From Camelus ferus (taxonomy: Eukaryota): a stretch of DNA of 64,000 nt. The notes under the pieces are model-generated. The model made no database searches. It was given only the letters and a program-made list of their open reading frames with translations, and had not been told where the DNA came from. Below, piece by piece: positions 12,448 through 25,379 of this stretch; the first letter of the stretch is position 1; the number at the start of each line of letters is the position of its first letter. The position numbers and the translations under genes are program-made. Location: assembly GCF_009834535.1 (NCBI RefSeq), contig NC_045697.1, positions 63,924,001 to 63,988,000 on the forward strand. The letters run 5' to 3'.

Positions 12448-14699
12448 AAAGTTTACAGATTTAATAGAAATGAATGTTTGTTTTAAATCTATTTTGCATA
12501 ACAAAAGCAAAGTAATAAACACCAGCTAATATTAAAGTGTAAGAAAGTAGCTTAAGTATTCAATCAGTAAAGTCATTTCTAACATATCAACTAAAAAGCA
12601 TCTAGAATTACTGCTATATTACTTTAAATCTATAATATAAAAAAGTGAGGAACAGAGTTTATTCCACTGCTTTTCTTTCCTTGCAAATTAAACTGATGAA
12701 TGACCTATATTTCCTTCACATCCTCTAAGATAAATTAAGCAAGTTGTATCTATTAAGAGATAACAAATATTTTTAAATTCAATAGTACTGTTAAAAATAA
12801 GGTTTATGAAGGAATGCGCACAAGTGTGGCCCTGGTATTTCTTCCCTGATATTCTTGATCTGTGATTAAGTTTAGCATTTTTGTAAGAGAAATCTCTCAA
12901 ATGATATGAACCATGCATTTTGGTCAAATTATTCAACCTGGTTTTCTTTGTGTGCTTATCTAACCAGCAGAGCTTCAGGAAGACAGCTTGCTTTCAGGCA
13001 TTCTCAGTTAGACTAAGCGTCTAACTGCTGGTCAGTTACATCAGCAAACTATTTCCCAGAACCTATATAGATATAGGGTAAAACATTGTAATGGTGGCCT
13101 ACTTTTACTGTACCTTTACTTATCTCCAAACAGGAACCTGGCTATATTAAAACAGTGCAGACACTATGAGACGATAAACTCAGAAGTGGTACTTGCTAGT
13201 GAAGAGAGAGTGTGGGTTTGACTACCTTGCAAATGGCGCCCAATAGAGCACGCAGAGCTGCTGTCCTGCAGTACCTTATCCTGGAAATAAGACGGATTTG
13301 TGGGCTGAGGTAGGTCTGAGGAGTCCTGATCAGAATAGAGACAACTGAAGCATTCGAGGAGTTCACAGGATGAATTAAATACAGTAAGGCAGACCACCTA
13401 ATTCATCTTGGATCTCTGAGATTACCAAGTTTATCTAGAGTTCTAGGGTAAAGAGTGAAAACAGTGTTTTGTGTGTCACAGGAGTCTTTCTCATTTTATA
13501 TTCATGAAAAGATGCTGGAGACCTTAAGGAATGCCAAATAAATTATGAGTAAATGAAAGGGAGGGAGAAATACCCTGCTTGACTGGTTACTCTTCTCCAA
13601 AGTAAGTAAATTGGTTTTAAGGAATTAAAGACTTTGTGTCAAGTTTTTACTTTGACACACTTACTTTACGCACATGAGTTTGACAACTCATTTTACTTCA
13701 CGTTTTCAGATCCTAAGCTTTTCCAAATGTCAACAGCTAAGGACTGTAGGTAGCTATTTTGGCACAGGATAAAAGACAAAGAATAAATGTTTACTTGGCT
13801 CCATATCCGGCCATTCTGTCTGCCTCTGCTTCTTTACACTCCCAATATCCATGTGTAGTTTCTGGAGTAATTCAGCCATCGAGACTGAGACCTGTCCCTT
13901 GAAATAAATATGAGTTATTTATAGAACCTGCTTCTTTTTAACGTTGCCTAAGGCAACTAACTGGGTTCTGTGAACTTTATACAGGTATTATTGACCTGTT
14001 TTCTCTTACTCTTAAAATAAGTTTGTGATTATATGAAAGTAACCATTATGTGAGTAAATGTGGTTCTTAAATATATTTATGAAATAAAGAAAATGTTGTA
14101 CGGGCAAAAGGTAATAAGTGTATTTTACCTGTGGGTTAAATTCTGAAATTATCTTGGTGGGAAATTTTAAGCCTGATGGCAGTGTCTAAAATGTTAAGCT
14201 TTAGACTCTGGAACTTGGTGAGCTATTAGTTATATATTTATGAGCTCTGCTGTGATAGTAACGTTTTAAATGCAAATTTGTGTTTAGTTCAGCTTTCTCT
14301 TTTTGGAAACTTGTGCTAGAATGTACCCACAGTCTCAGTAAGCTAGTCAAATTAGAAAAGCATTTGGCTTAGCAATGTATTATTCACCTCTAAACAACGG
14401 TGATTCAGACAGTTGTATTGTGTTGTCCTAAATTAACTTACCCAACCATATGTAATATGCCCTGAGGACACACACCCACATAAAAGAAGTTTAAAGTATT
14501 ATTTACTGATCCTGATATTTTATTTGAGAAAATAGGGTTTATTTAATGTTCCAAGGGAAATAAAAATATTAAAGAAGTTTTCTTTTGGCATCTAATTGTT
14601 AGATTCATTAGTTAGTAAGTCAAAAAATTTAAGTCAATTATTAATCAAGAACTGCACTAGGTGAGTGACTATCGAGATGAGTTAAAACCTGATGAGATA

Positions 14700-16140
14700 A
14701 AAGTCATTTTTCTGAACACACAGCAGAATTGTAAGGGAACACTGACATTCCTGAATGAAACCTGAAAGCCTCACGAGCATCTCAAATTCTAAACCCAAAC
14801 ATGGTTCCCTTCCACCATTGCATTTCCACCTCACCAGGCAGCAGGCTAGGGAGGAACATCCTTGATACGTGCCTCCACCGTGCTTGCTCTCCATGGGAAG
14901 TCCCTCTACCAGCCCCATCATTTCAAACTGCTAAATCTTTCTTGGAATTGCCCCCTTCTCTACACTCCATGTCAGTGATTTATTTTTAGGACCCGATTTG
15001 GTTATTTTTTATTTCTACATTTCACACATCTAGACTGGATACTACTGTATATCAATTCTGAGCTAGTTATGATGAAAAAAGAGAGATTGCAGACTTAGTA
15101 GCTTATTTGGGAGGTGTTATGGGTGGGAGACACATATAAACAGATAATTATATATAGGGATAAATTATATAGCAGATGAAATACATAGGAAGATATGCCT
15201 AAAATATCCTTTTTCCCACACCTTCCATCTTCTTTCTTTTCATATATCCTATGCCTTGCTCAGATGCCAGTCTTTCTGAGACCCTCTTATTATTCCCAGT
15301 GTCTGGGCCACCTGCCCATTCTGTATGTTTTCGTATCTTCACTACTTTTTCTTTCTTTACAAATTTACACAGGAGTGCTGGATTTGTTATGTTCTTTTCT
15401 CTATTTCCTGTTAAACTATAAGTTCCTTGAAGATAGGTACCATGCCTGGAGAAAATATTATTTCAAAGAGATACTACAACTCTCCCTGGGTGTTGGAATA
15501 AAAGCTTCATTAAGAAAGTACACTTGAGTTGACTTTTAATAAAGAATTAGAAATTTTCCAGGTAGAAAGAAGGGTGACAGTGGCAAAGTAAAAGCAAATA
15601 TAGTGACAAGGAAAAACAGAATGATATGAGATGATGAATGAGCTCGGTAGTGTGGTGTGGCTGGGCTATTGTGTTTAGGGAAAGAGACATGGGAGATCAC
15701 GGAGGGCCTAGAACATGAGCTGCCTTGTCTTTTGCAGTGAAATACAAACTTTATCCTATGTGCTCAAAGTTCCAGAATTGGACTGCCTGAGTCCAGTTCA
15801 CTTACCATCTGTGTAATGTTGGGTAATTTGTTTAAACTTTTTAGGATTCAGCTTCCTCATCTATAAAATTGTGATTATGAGGATCACTTGAGGATTAAGT
15901 GTATGTCCTTAAATGTTTAGGACAACCTGGATCCGTGGTGCTATATAAGCTAGCTAATTTTACTGTCATGCTTTTTATTTTCATTTTTATTAAGTATTTG
16001 AGAGTCACAGGAAAACATTAAAGCCATTAAGTAACATAATAATTGATTTTGGAAAGGTAATTATAGCAAATAGGGGGAGGAAGGATTGGAATGAAAACAA
16101 GATGAAAAAGGCAATTTAAGAGGCTTTTATGATAGGTTAA
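14700..16140. mobile_element. Mosaic of L2 fragments in both orientations plus a MIR (~15760-15960)
   Basis: L2 motifs (catctcaaattctaaac, ctataagttccttgaagatagg) and the MIR core (cagcttcctcatctataaaatt...gaggattaagtg). Confidence 0.6.
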
Positions 16141-17239
16141 ATTTACTTAAACTTTATATAGTTTGAATTACATTTAAAATAGTTTAAAGTTAAAAGTTAA
16201 ACACTTTACTTTTAAGCTGTGAAAAACATCCAAGGGTATTGTGATTTATTTGAGAGATAATTAAAAACAGAATATATAAAAGTATAGAAGAAGATGTAAT
16301 GATATGGAAAGAGAGAAAGAAATACTACCAGTATGTTTGGGGGTTTATGGTTATTATCATTCATCAAAAAATTAATTCACTAAGGAAAAAGGTAACATTT
16401 ATTATTGAAGTGTTACTGTCCATTAATAAGGAAGCTTATTGTAGGAGAAATTAAAAGAATTACTGTAATTAAAAAAAAAACTGAACTGGAGGTAACTGTA
16501 GACAACTACTTAGAGGTATCTGATAGAAAATTCTATGGTATTAAAGAAATGCTAACCAAAGTTCTGCTTCCCCAAAGAAATGAGTTGTACCAGGAAGTAA
16601 ATGAGCACACTACATCTTTCATCAAGTACATTTTACTACTAGAAAAAGGAGGTGGTCGGGGGCAGCTAATCTGAACTATGCTTAGGTGCTTAGTGGTAGA
16701 GTTAATTTACATTTTGACCAAAGTTTCTTAGCTCAAAGCTGATCAGAATAATTTGAGGATCACTCTCTGGGAAGCACTAGTCTACAGCTTAAGAGAGAAT
16801 TCTGAATTCAAGATATTGACTTAGAAGTATAAATTATGTTAGTGACAGAGAAAATGCTGGGAGTACTGGCAAATGTTAAAAGAATCATGAGATGTGGGGG
16901 GAAGAAAACACTAAATTTTAAGAAGTGGGCACAGAGGAGCATGAAAAAGGAATATTCATGGACCATGAGCGAGAAGGACATGATGTGATGCATGGAAGAA
17001 AAATCTAGAGTTCTCAGAGGGCATATAGATTCACAGAATGAATAATAACACATGATATAACAATTAACTTACTTTTTAAGAAAATGCTGGGTAGTTGAGC
17101 TGAAATTCTGTCTCCATGGTTCAGAGGTGAGTACATAACTCTAGAATGAAGTGGAGGTAACTCTTGATTCATGTGCCAAGTTACTTGGATAGAAGGATGA
17201 TATTTATAGGAAATGAGTGAGTTTTAAGAAGTTCATAAT

Positions 17240-17637
17240 AGTAAGTTACCCCTGTAGAACACTTCAGTTTTCACCCTCATCTTTCCTCCCGTCTCCAGAG
17301 AGTTACTTGACCCCTAACCACTGGGCCTCTTCTCACAGTTGACAGAGGTGATGCCTTGTTTGCCTCCTGCCCCCCAGGTTTGGGGTTTAGCTTTCTCTGA
17401 CCTGCTCAGTCAGTTAACATTTGTTCATTAGATTTCAAATCCAGCATTTTTGACCTTTCTTACTTGTGCTTTTTCCTCCAATTCTCTTTTCCTTTATATC
17501 CTTGCTTTTTTGTTTGTTCTGGGTTTTTTTTCCTTTCTTTGTTTTTTTATTTTTTTCCCTCTCAGTATTTTAATGGGGTTTGGGGAGAGTGCAAATATAA
17601 ACATGTGTTAATGCTGCCCATTGGCCTGGAGGTCCAA
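17240..17637 (-). mobile_element. Old L1ME-like 5' end fragment
   Basis: ggtttggggtttagctttctc and terminal tgctgcccattggcctggaggtcc resemble the reverse complement of ancient L1 5' UTR starts. Confidence 0.5.
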
Positions 17638-19019
17638 AGCTGTCATATGAAGTAAATATATACCTGTACTGAAATAACACTCCTGCCTCTTTTCAGGGAT
17701 TAAGTCATTCTTCTCCCTTTACTCTTAACTCCTAACTTTCCTGTTCTAAAAAACACTTTCATTATTTCCCATTAAAAAAATATATAGGTAGGACTTACAT
17801 AGATAATTCTGAAGTCTACCCTGCTTCTCTTTGTCTGATTCTAATTAACATGATTTGATTTCTCTTACCTTGAGCAAGACACTGATTTAAGCCTCTGCCT
17901 TTTTCTCACATCATGGAGGACTGTAATTTCTGTTTTTCTAGGATTCAAATGTGCAACTGCTATCTCTTACTGTCTATGTGATTTGGTTCATCCCTTTAAA
18001 AGCTGAATTTCTGACATAAAAGACGATTTATTGTCTTCTCTTTCACAAACTAAATAATCTTTCACCTTGCCCTTGAATCTTTTTTTTCCCTTTTGCTGAT
18101 CTTGCTAATTTCCATATATCTATCTTTAAAAAGTCCTGAAGTTAAGTAGTGTTAAGAAAGGTTCAGATTCAAAGCATCATATTTCTTTCCTTTAGTGTCT
18201 TTTAAAAAAGTAAAATGAAATCACTTGGTAGACTTTTTAAGCAGTTGTGCTTTGCATTGCGTTCTCATCCATTCTTCTTTGTTGTGCCCTATAGACTACA
18301 TAAAATACCTGTATAAAGTAGATAATTTATCATATAGTCTACATCATATTGATGAGCAATATCATACTCATGAAGTGTAGCTAAAAATACTTAGAATTGT
18401 ACTAGTTTCTGGAATACCACTTCTGGAATCTTGGTGTTTCCATTCTGAAAGCATAAGTGCAAGTCACATGCCTTATAGAATTTTTATAATCATCATCTAT
18501 ATAACATACTGGAATGGCTAGAAAAATAAAGTATCAGCTGTTTGTGAAATATATATTTTGAATCTATTCCAAAATTCAATTATATACACTTAATTTCCAA
18601 GTAAGTCTAGGACCGTACTCTTCCATCTTCCTGAATTGGTCACTTGGCTTCTTTGTTACATATGAAAAAAAGGGAGACACGGCACTCAACCAAGTGACTT
18701 AGGTTGCTGATATTCACGCCACTAACAATATCAGCTCATTCAGTGGGAAGCAGTTGTGGAATAGACCCTGTCAAAAGTCAAGAACTATTTACAGTTACTT
18801 GAAGTTGTAATTACCACTATTTGATCTACATTGAGATAAAGAAAGGAAAGTGAAGGAGGGGGGAGAAAAGTAATAGTTGGAGAGTGATTGTCTTGATCCA
18901 GACACCACGTGAGCTGGTTTACGTGTTATCTCATTTAATGCACATGCCCATCCTTACAGACCCTCCTTTCTTTATTTCTATTTGATTCTCAAACATTAAT
19001 TTTTTTTAGTACTCATAAC

Positions 19020-19460
19020 AATAACATAACTAATATTTATTCAATACTAATGCAGTTTAATAATCTAAATTATATATGTGTGTTCTAAGGTATATGTATG
19101 TATATTCTTTTTTTTTAATTGAAGTATAGTCAGTTTACAATGTTGTGTCAATTTCTGGTGTGCAGCATAATGTTTCAGTCATACATGAAAATATATATTC
19201 CTTTTCATATTCCCTTTTATTATAGGCTATTATAAGATATTGAATATAATTCCTTGTGCTATACAGTAGGACCTTGTTGTTTATCTATTTTACATATAGT
19301 ACTTAGTATTCTTATCTACACAACAAGTCTATAGGTGGTAGATGGAGTTATTAGTATAGACAATAAATGAGGAAACTCTAAATCAGGGAAGTTTAGTAAC
19401 TTGTCCAAATTCACAAATTTAGTAAGTCAAGTTGCTGGATCCCTTTTACTCCAAAGCCCA
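19020..19460 (-). mobile_element. MIR SINE split by an L1 insertion
   Basis: aataacataactaatatttatt ... aatgaggaaact...taacttgtccaaattcaca is the reverse MIR core, resuming after the L1. Confidence 0.65.
19107..19306 (-). mobile_element. 5'-truncated L1 3' end
   Basis: Poly-T followed by aattgaagtatagtcagtttacaatgttgtgtcaatttctggtg...tgtgctatacagtaggaccttgttgtttatc; probable short TSD tattctt. Confidence 0.9.
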
Positions 19461-21531
19461 CACTGCTTCCACTGTATCATATTGTTTTTTCACATGTTGA
19501 TTACTTTATCTTTTAATTTGCTCCTATACATGAAATCTGTTATTTTTATTATTAATAGCTGCTTTGAAAATTATATCAATATTTTATCTGCCTTTTAAAG
19601 TTGCTAAATGTTTATTCATCATCATTGGGACTGAGTTTTGTAAGCAAGAAATTCCACCAATATACTCTAGTAATACAGTTGGTAGTAACAGTATTATAGC
19701 ATATTATGTAAGGACGTGTCGTTTGCATGATTTTAATTATAGTTTATAGTATATTCATAATTCTGTTCCTGTACACAAATAAATGACTCTGATTTATAGT
19801 TACAATGATAATATCTTAATCTTTATGTATCATTCAGTATAAATAAAATATTCCACTTATATTATGTTGCTATCCATGTTTTAACTTGACGTATGTAGAT
19901 AAAATCTGAGGTACTACACATAATAGCATGAATTTCCCAGTCCTGAAATTTTTTATTCATGGTGCTGTTCTCCACAGAATTATTAATGAAAAGACAACCT
20001 TTGTTTATTCGAATATTCACACCATATGGCACTTTGGAGATGTCTTTTATTTCATACTCAGATTTCATACTAATGTTGCAAAGCAGACATTCTTCACCAT
20101 AAGTGTTACTTATTGATGCTTAAAGGTTCAATGAATTATTCAGCCCCTTTACCCTTCTTGCTTTGCTGCACACCTATTGAGTTTTCAGAGCAGTTTCATA
20201 TCAATAAATTTGTTCTTGCTTTGCAGCTCCAATTTCATGCTTGGCCTTTTCTAAGCGACATACAAGAAAAATAAATAACCAGAAGGAATAAAATATGTAT
20301 ACAAATTGCTTTAAATTACTCGATATCTGAATTGTTAAAGTTCCCAAGGGTTTCGAAAATTAAGACATGAAAGCAAGACTTCAGAAACAGGCTACATGCA
20401 AATGTAATCAGCAAAAAAGCTTGTCTTGTTAACATGCAGTCTGGGAAAAGTGACATGTCTTCATAGGCATGTTGTACTCAGAGTTGAAAGCACTCTTAAC
20501 AAATCAGTCCCTAAGAGTTCAAGAACTCACTGCCACTTTGTATCTTATGTTGTCACATACACACAGCGAGGCAGACAGCAAAAGAATGAAGGGCTAATCT
20601 GAGCAGAATGAATAGGCAATTCCAATAAAATGGCAGTTTGAGGTAAGAAGTCAAGAACTTCAGTGTTTCTGATTTTTATAAGAAGGAAACCACTCATGTT
20701 TATACCTACTTCAAATAGTTGGTTATCAAAGCTGGAAAATTTATTTTCATTAGTCAGAAAATCCTACCATATTCTTTTCATCGTAAAATATAAAGTGATT
20801 TTAATATGAGAGAGGCCATTCATGCCTTCCAAATTGCATCCATCAAAGCTCAAGAGTAAAAATTTGCTCTGTTTTCAGCCAAGACTCTATTTGGATTTCA
20901 ATGAGAAAATATATTTCTCCTAATGTATTAGATTTACTGATGACAGTCTCTTTTTCAAAATACTGAACCAAATGTAAACAATAAACACATTCCCAAGAAT
21001 GTATTTCCATCCATCCACCAACCCATTCAATTTTCATCAAACAAATAAATTTTGATGTCCCAGATTTTTAAAAAAAAAGAAAGAAACAAATAATAAAATA
21101 AATACTATTGAATGATGCAGGCATTATATTGAAAATATCTTAATATAGTTTCAATTAAAAGAATTTTCTCTTAAAACATTGGCGACAACATTTTCAATAG
21201 AATCAGTTTTTTGTTTGTTTGAATAAACATGCTATTTTTAGTGACTGTTTTCTTCAAAATCTAGACTGAATCCACTTGTCTAGTACAATAGGAAGGTTTT
21301 ATATAGGAAGGTAGGACATTTTTAATTTTTAGAATAACTTTACTGAAATACCATCTAATTTAGCAATTCACCAATGACTACTTGCAAACAACTCAACATT
21401 TAAAGAATAAAGGACAAGGTACGTTCCTTATTAAATTCCATACAATATGTCATTTAAATTATCTAATTTAATGCTCACAATACCTTCTTGAGATTGATAT
21501 TATTATCTCCATTTTATATGAAGAAACTACA

Positions 21532-21976
21532 TGTCCTGGTTGGTGTTCCCCAGCAGCTGACCCTGAGATAGCTTAGCGTTCAGGTAGTTTAATGAGGAGT
21601 TGACCCTAGGAAATACAGGAGGAGAGTGGGGGAATGAAAGAGGTAAGGAAAGGAAGTCGTAAAGAATGAGATTGTAGGCGCTTACCACGTACGTAGGTAA
21701 TTGGAGCTCAGTCCTACTGAGAAACTGTGGGTGATAGTCATAGAGCAAGCTTACTCCATCTCAGGGGCCAGAGAGCTGGGAAATACATCTACTAAGTCCT
21801 TGTTCCTCATGGTTCCTCTGCTGTTTGAATGAGGGCTATTGATCCAGCACCTCCAGCTTGCTCAGCACAGGAGCAGATTGTGCTCCAGGCCAGAAAAAAA
21901 GCCTTCAGGCCAAAAGTGCAGTAAGAAGTCTTTATCACAATGGTGAATGGGGAGGGCACTCGCAGCCTCACCTGCA
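21532..21976 (-). mobile_element. ERVL-class LTR (LTR16/LTR33-like)
   Basis: Starts tgtcctggttggtgttccccagcagctgaccctgaga...caggtagtttaat, like reverse-oriented LTR16/33; interrupts a MIR at ~21400-21530. Confidence 0.65.
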
Positions 21977-24900
21977 TTGAGATAAAGAGAGTAGTTAAAT
22001 AATACTGCTTAAAAACAGATGACAATGTCGACAACAGAACATCAAACCAAGCTGGAAACAAACAAAAAGTTTATCATTTCTCTTCATTCTTCTGACAGAT
22101 TTTGAAAACCTTTAACCTTTTCTGGAGACCGAATTTCAAATATGTTTCTCTACAAAGATAGTAAAATGTAGTTAAAAATATTTTTCATGTAATAGTACAA
22201 TTTGACATACTTCCATTACTATATAAACTACACAACAAGCATCTATTGATTACTGAATCTCATGTTATTTATCCAATAACAAACCACTTTACTGTATCAG
22301 ACAGGTTTTTGTCATTTTGTGCCGACTTCTTTGGCCATAGGCAAATATATTGCATTCAACCTTTTGAAATAGTTTTACCATTTGCTTTATTTATTTATTT
22401 TAAGGTACTGAATCTTTGGACTTACCACCTCACAAACTTTTGTTTCAGAGTTTTAAATTTCTTCTTAAATTTGATTTGCCTGTAATCTAAAATAGATATT
22501 CATAGTCATCTAAATATTTTCTCTTCTTCTTGCTAGTTTTGTTTCTGGGGCATTTGACAATTTCCATGGCCTGTTTCTAGATCCTTTAGAATTTCTATAT
22601 GCCTTGTGTTTATGAAGACCAACTTATGTAAACTTCAGATAGAAACAAAGGAGAATGTTAAATGTCACAATGGCAGGATAATACAGTAGTTAGGGTAGCA
22701 CTTATATAAATGCCTCTTTTTGAAGTTACTACTGTAAGAATTCTGGTTAGGCATGATGACTTTCAGAGGAGTAAGGCAGTCGTGATCTTTTCCTGTGTTT
22801 TAGCTACAAAAGCAGTAATAACAGATATCCTCAAATCAGAACTGGATGTTCACAGTTCACATACTCTGTGTCTTTTTCTGGCATCTTATCTACTACGGGA
22901 AGAACAGTTTCCATCTGTGTACATCATACTCCATTCTGACAAAGCAGTCACCTGAAACTTAAACAAATGCTCTACATTCAGCCCTTCTCTGAATTTGTGT
23001 AAAAGTACCCAAATACTATTGGCTAAGGTAAAACAAAAAAAATCATCTACAACAGTGAATCTCAGTAAAAATTTTTTCCAACTTTAATAAAAATTAAACA
23101 GTCATCCTAATGAATTCTTCACTAGAAAGAATTAAATGGTTCACTTCTGATGCAGACATTTATTTGAATGATTTTAATTACCGTCTAACATGCCCTCATG
23201 TTGTCCAGTTTATTCATCTTAGTACCTTTTAACCTTCATTTACATAATTTTTGCTGTTCTATTTACTTCTATTCATTGTATGTCATTAATGGGATTTAAT
23301 TTATACTGACATTTCCAATGAGACCTATTTTTGTATTCTTTTTCCAGATTGAGATGTTTCTGTAGTTTTCCAAATGTTCTTTTTAAGCCAATAATCTTCC
23401 CTTTCCATCTTCATATATGTTCTATTTAGAAAGACTTTTAAAAGTAAATTTGAAAACCTTTATTCCAGCATTTATTACAAATACAGCATTTTATTCTTCC
23501 CATGTAATACTATTTATGCCTTCAAAATTTTATAACATTATGAAGTGTGGTGTGATCAGTGAATATTACTCTAAAGTAAAAGACTTAGTAATTTATTTTT
23601 CAATAATCCTCATGTAAATATAACTGAAAATCTTTTATTATATATTCTCTAGATGCCTGCAAATTGATGAACATATTAACAGTAAAATTCTCTTCTTTGA
23701 AAAATTGTCTTAGCCTTACCAGAATTAATATATTAATATGACTGGAGAAAGGAGAAAATATAGCAAATGACTAATCATTATCATCAGTTTTTTTCTTCCA
23801 CATTTTTACTTTTAACTTGGAATTTATCAGCCTTTTCTGTTTCCAAAAAGGTAATACAGTCAAATGCTTTGTAGGAAATCTTACTGTTAGTCCTACAGGA
23901 TAATAATTAGATTGAATTTTGAAGGAAAATGACATTGTAAGTTTCACTTCTTATATTATATTTGAACCTAATTTTTTTTCCCGTTCGAAACATCAAAACT
24001 TTCTACCATTTTTACCATGGATGTAATAACATGAAGGCCAGTATGAGCTGACAGGGAATAGAGAATGAAATTTACTCAGATCATTGTTTGATCTGCCATG
24101 AAAAAATTTTAAAGAGCTTTTTTATGTTTTCTGCTTCAAAAACTTGAATGAACTTCATGAAAAATAGACTGGGCATGTGTGCTTTCATGTTTTGGATACT
24201 TGAGTCTTTTGCAAACTGAAGAACTTGTGTCTGCAAAAGAAGTTTCTCAGGTAGCAAGTGTCCAACCATGCTAATGAAAATAACTAGTTTCTTTAGAAAA
24301 CTTCAGTATTTTGTGACTTATTTTATGATGGCAAATAAATAAAGGAAAAAATTAAAGGGGACAAAGGTAGCAGGAACTATTGTTTAACTGTGGCCTTCTT
24401 GTAATTTGTCTTCTCTCTTTTCCTAGATTATGATCAATAAAGTATCCATGTATTAACTACCTTGATCATTTTAATACAGCTCCTCTCTAAATCTTTTGTA
24501 GGCATACATCCAACAAACATGATTTAAGATAATGTTTAATCACTACGTATAATCTATAGCACTTAACTTCCAAATGTGCATTATTTTCTCATTAAATTAA
24601 GGTTAGTGATCTTAGTGATAATGCTAACTAGTAAATTGCTTGGTGTTTGAGATCCCTTGACCCTAAACTGAGATGATTGCAGTAGTGTGCAGTTAATGGT
24701 CAGTTTGAAGTTTTGTAATAAATACGTACTTTTACATAATTCTGTGAATTTTGCTGTAATATAGTTTCCTGAAGTGATCATCTCACTAATTATTCTCTCC
24801 CTGGTCTCATTCACGTTTAAAAACATTTCTTTTATAGTATTTTGGTGTGGAAGGAAAATAGTTGCATCTAGAGAAGAAAGGCCTGGATGCTGTTCATCGT

Positions 24901-25011
24901 GGCTCTTCTACTAATTACCTGTAAGAAATTAAGGCCAGTTGATGTGGCTGCCCTAGATGATTTCTTGTGCCATTTCCACATCCAGAATTTTTTGATTAAG
25001 AAAAAAATTAC

Positions 25012-25375
25012 TCTTTGGGAAATTGTCTACTCAGTTCTTCTGCCCAGTTTTTAATTGGGTTGTGTTTTTTTTTAATGTTGAGCTGTATGAGCTGTTTATG
25101 TGTGTTGGGTATTAACTCATTATTAGTCAGATCATTTGCAAATATTTTTCCCTATTCAGTAGGTTGTCTTTTCATTTTGTTGATGGTTTCCTTTGCTTTG
25201 CAAAAGCTTTTAAGTTTAATTAGGTCTCATTTGTTTATTTTTGCTTCTATCTCCTTTGTTTTAGGATATCAAAAAAAAATTATTGCAATTTATATCAAAG
25301 TGTTACATCTGTATTTTCCTGGTATCTGGGCTTACATTTAGGTCTTTAATCCATTTGCATATGGTGTTAGAGAAT
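25012..25375 (-). mobile_element. L1 ORF2 fragment
   Basis: tctttgggaaattgtctactcagttcttctgccc...tttgcaaatattttccc...gcaaaagcttttaagtttaattagg is standard antisense L1 ORF2 text and explains ORF 25015-25341. Confidence 0.9.
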
Positions 25376-25379
25376 GCCT

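Noticed and set aside
13234..13243. Retroviral tRNA-Lys primer-binding site (tggcgcccaa)
   Set aside because: Only the first 10 of 18 nt match, and there is no upstream LTR or downstream gag-like sequence.
13599..13667. Imperfect inverted repeat (tgtgtcaa/ttgacaca plus outer arms)
   Set aside because: Short AT-rich arms with a large asymmetric gap; no MITE or miRNA hallmarks.
18706..18735. 9-bp hairpin gctgatatt/aatatcagc as a pre-miRNA
   Set aside because: The stem does not extend; several stems of this length are expected by chance in 64 kb.
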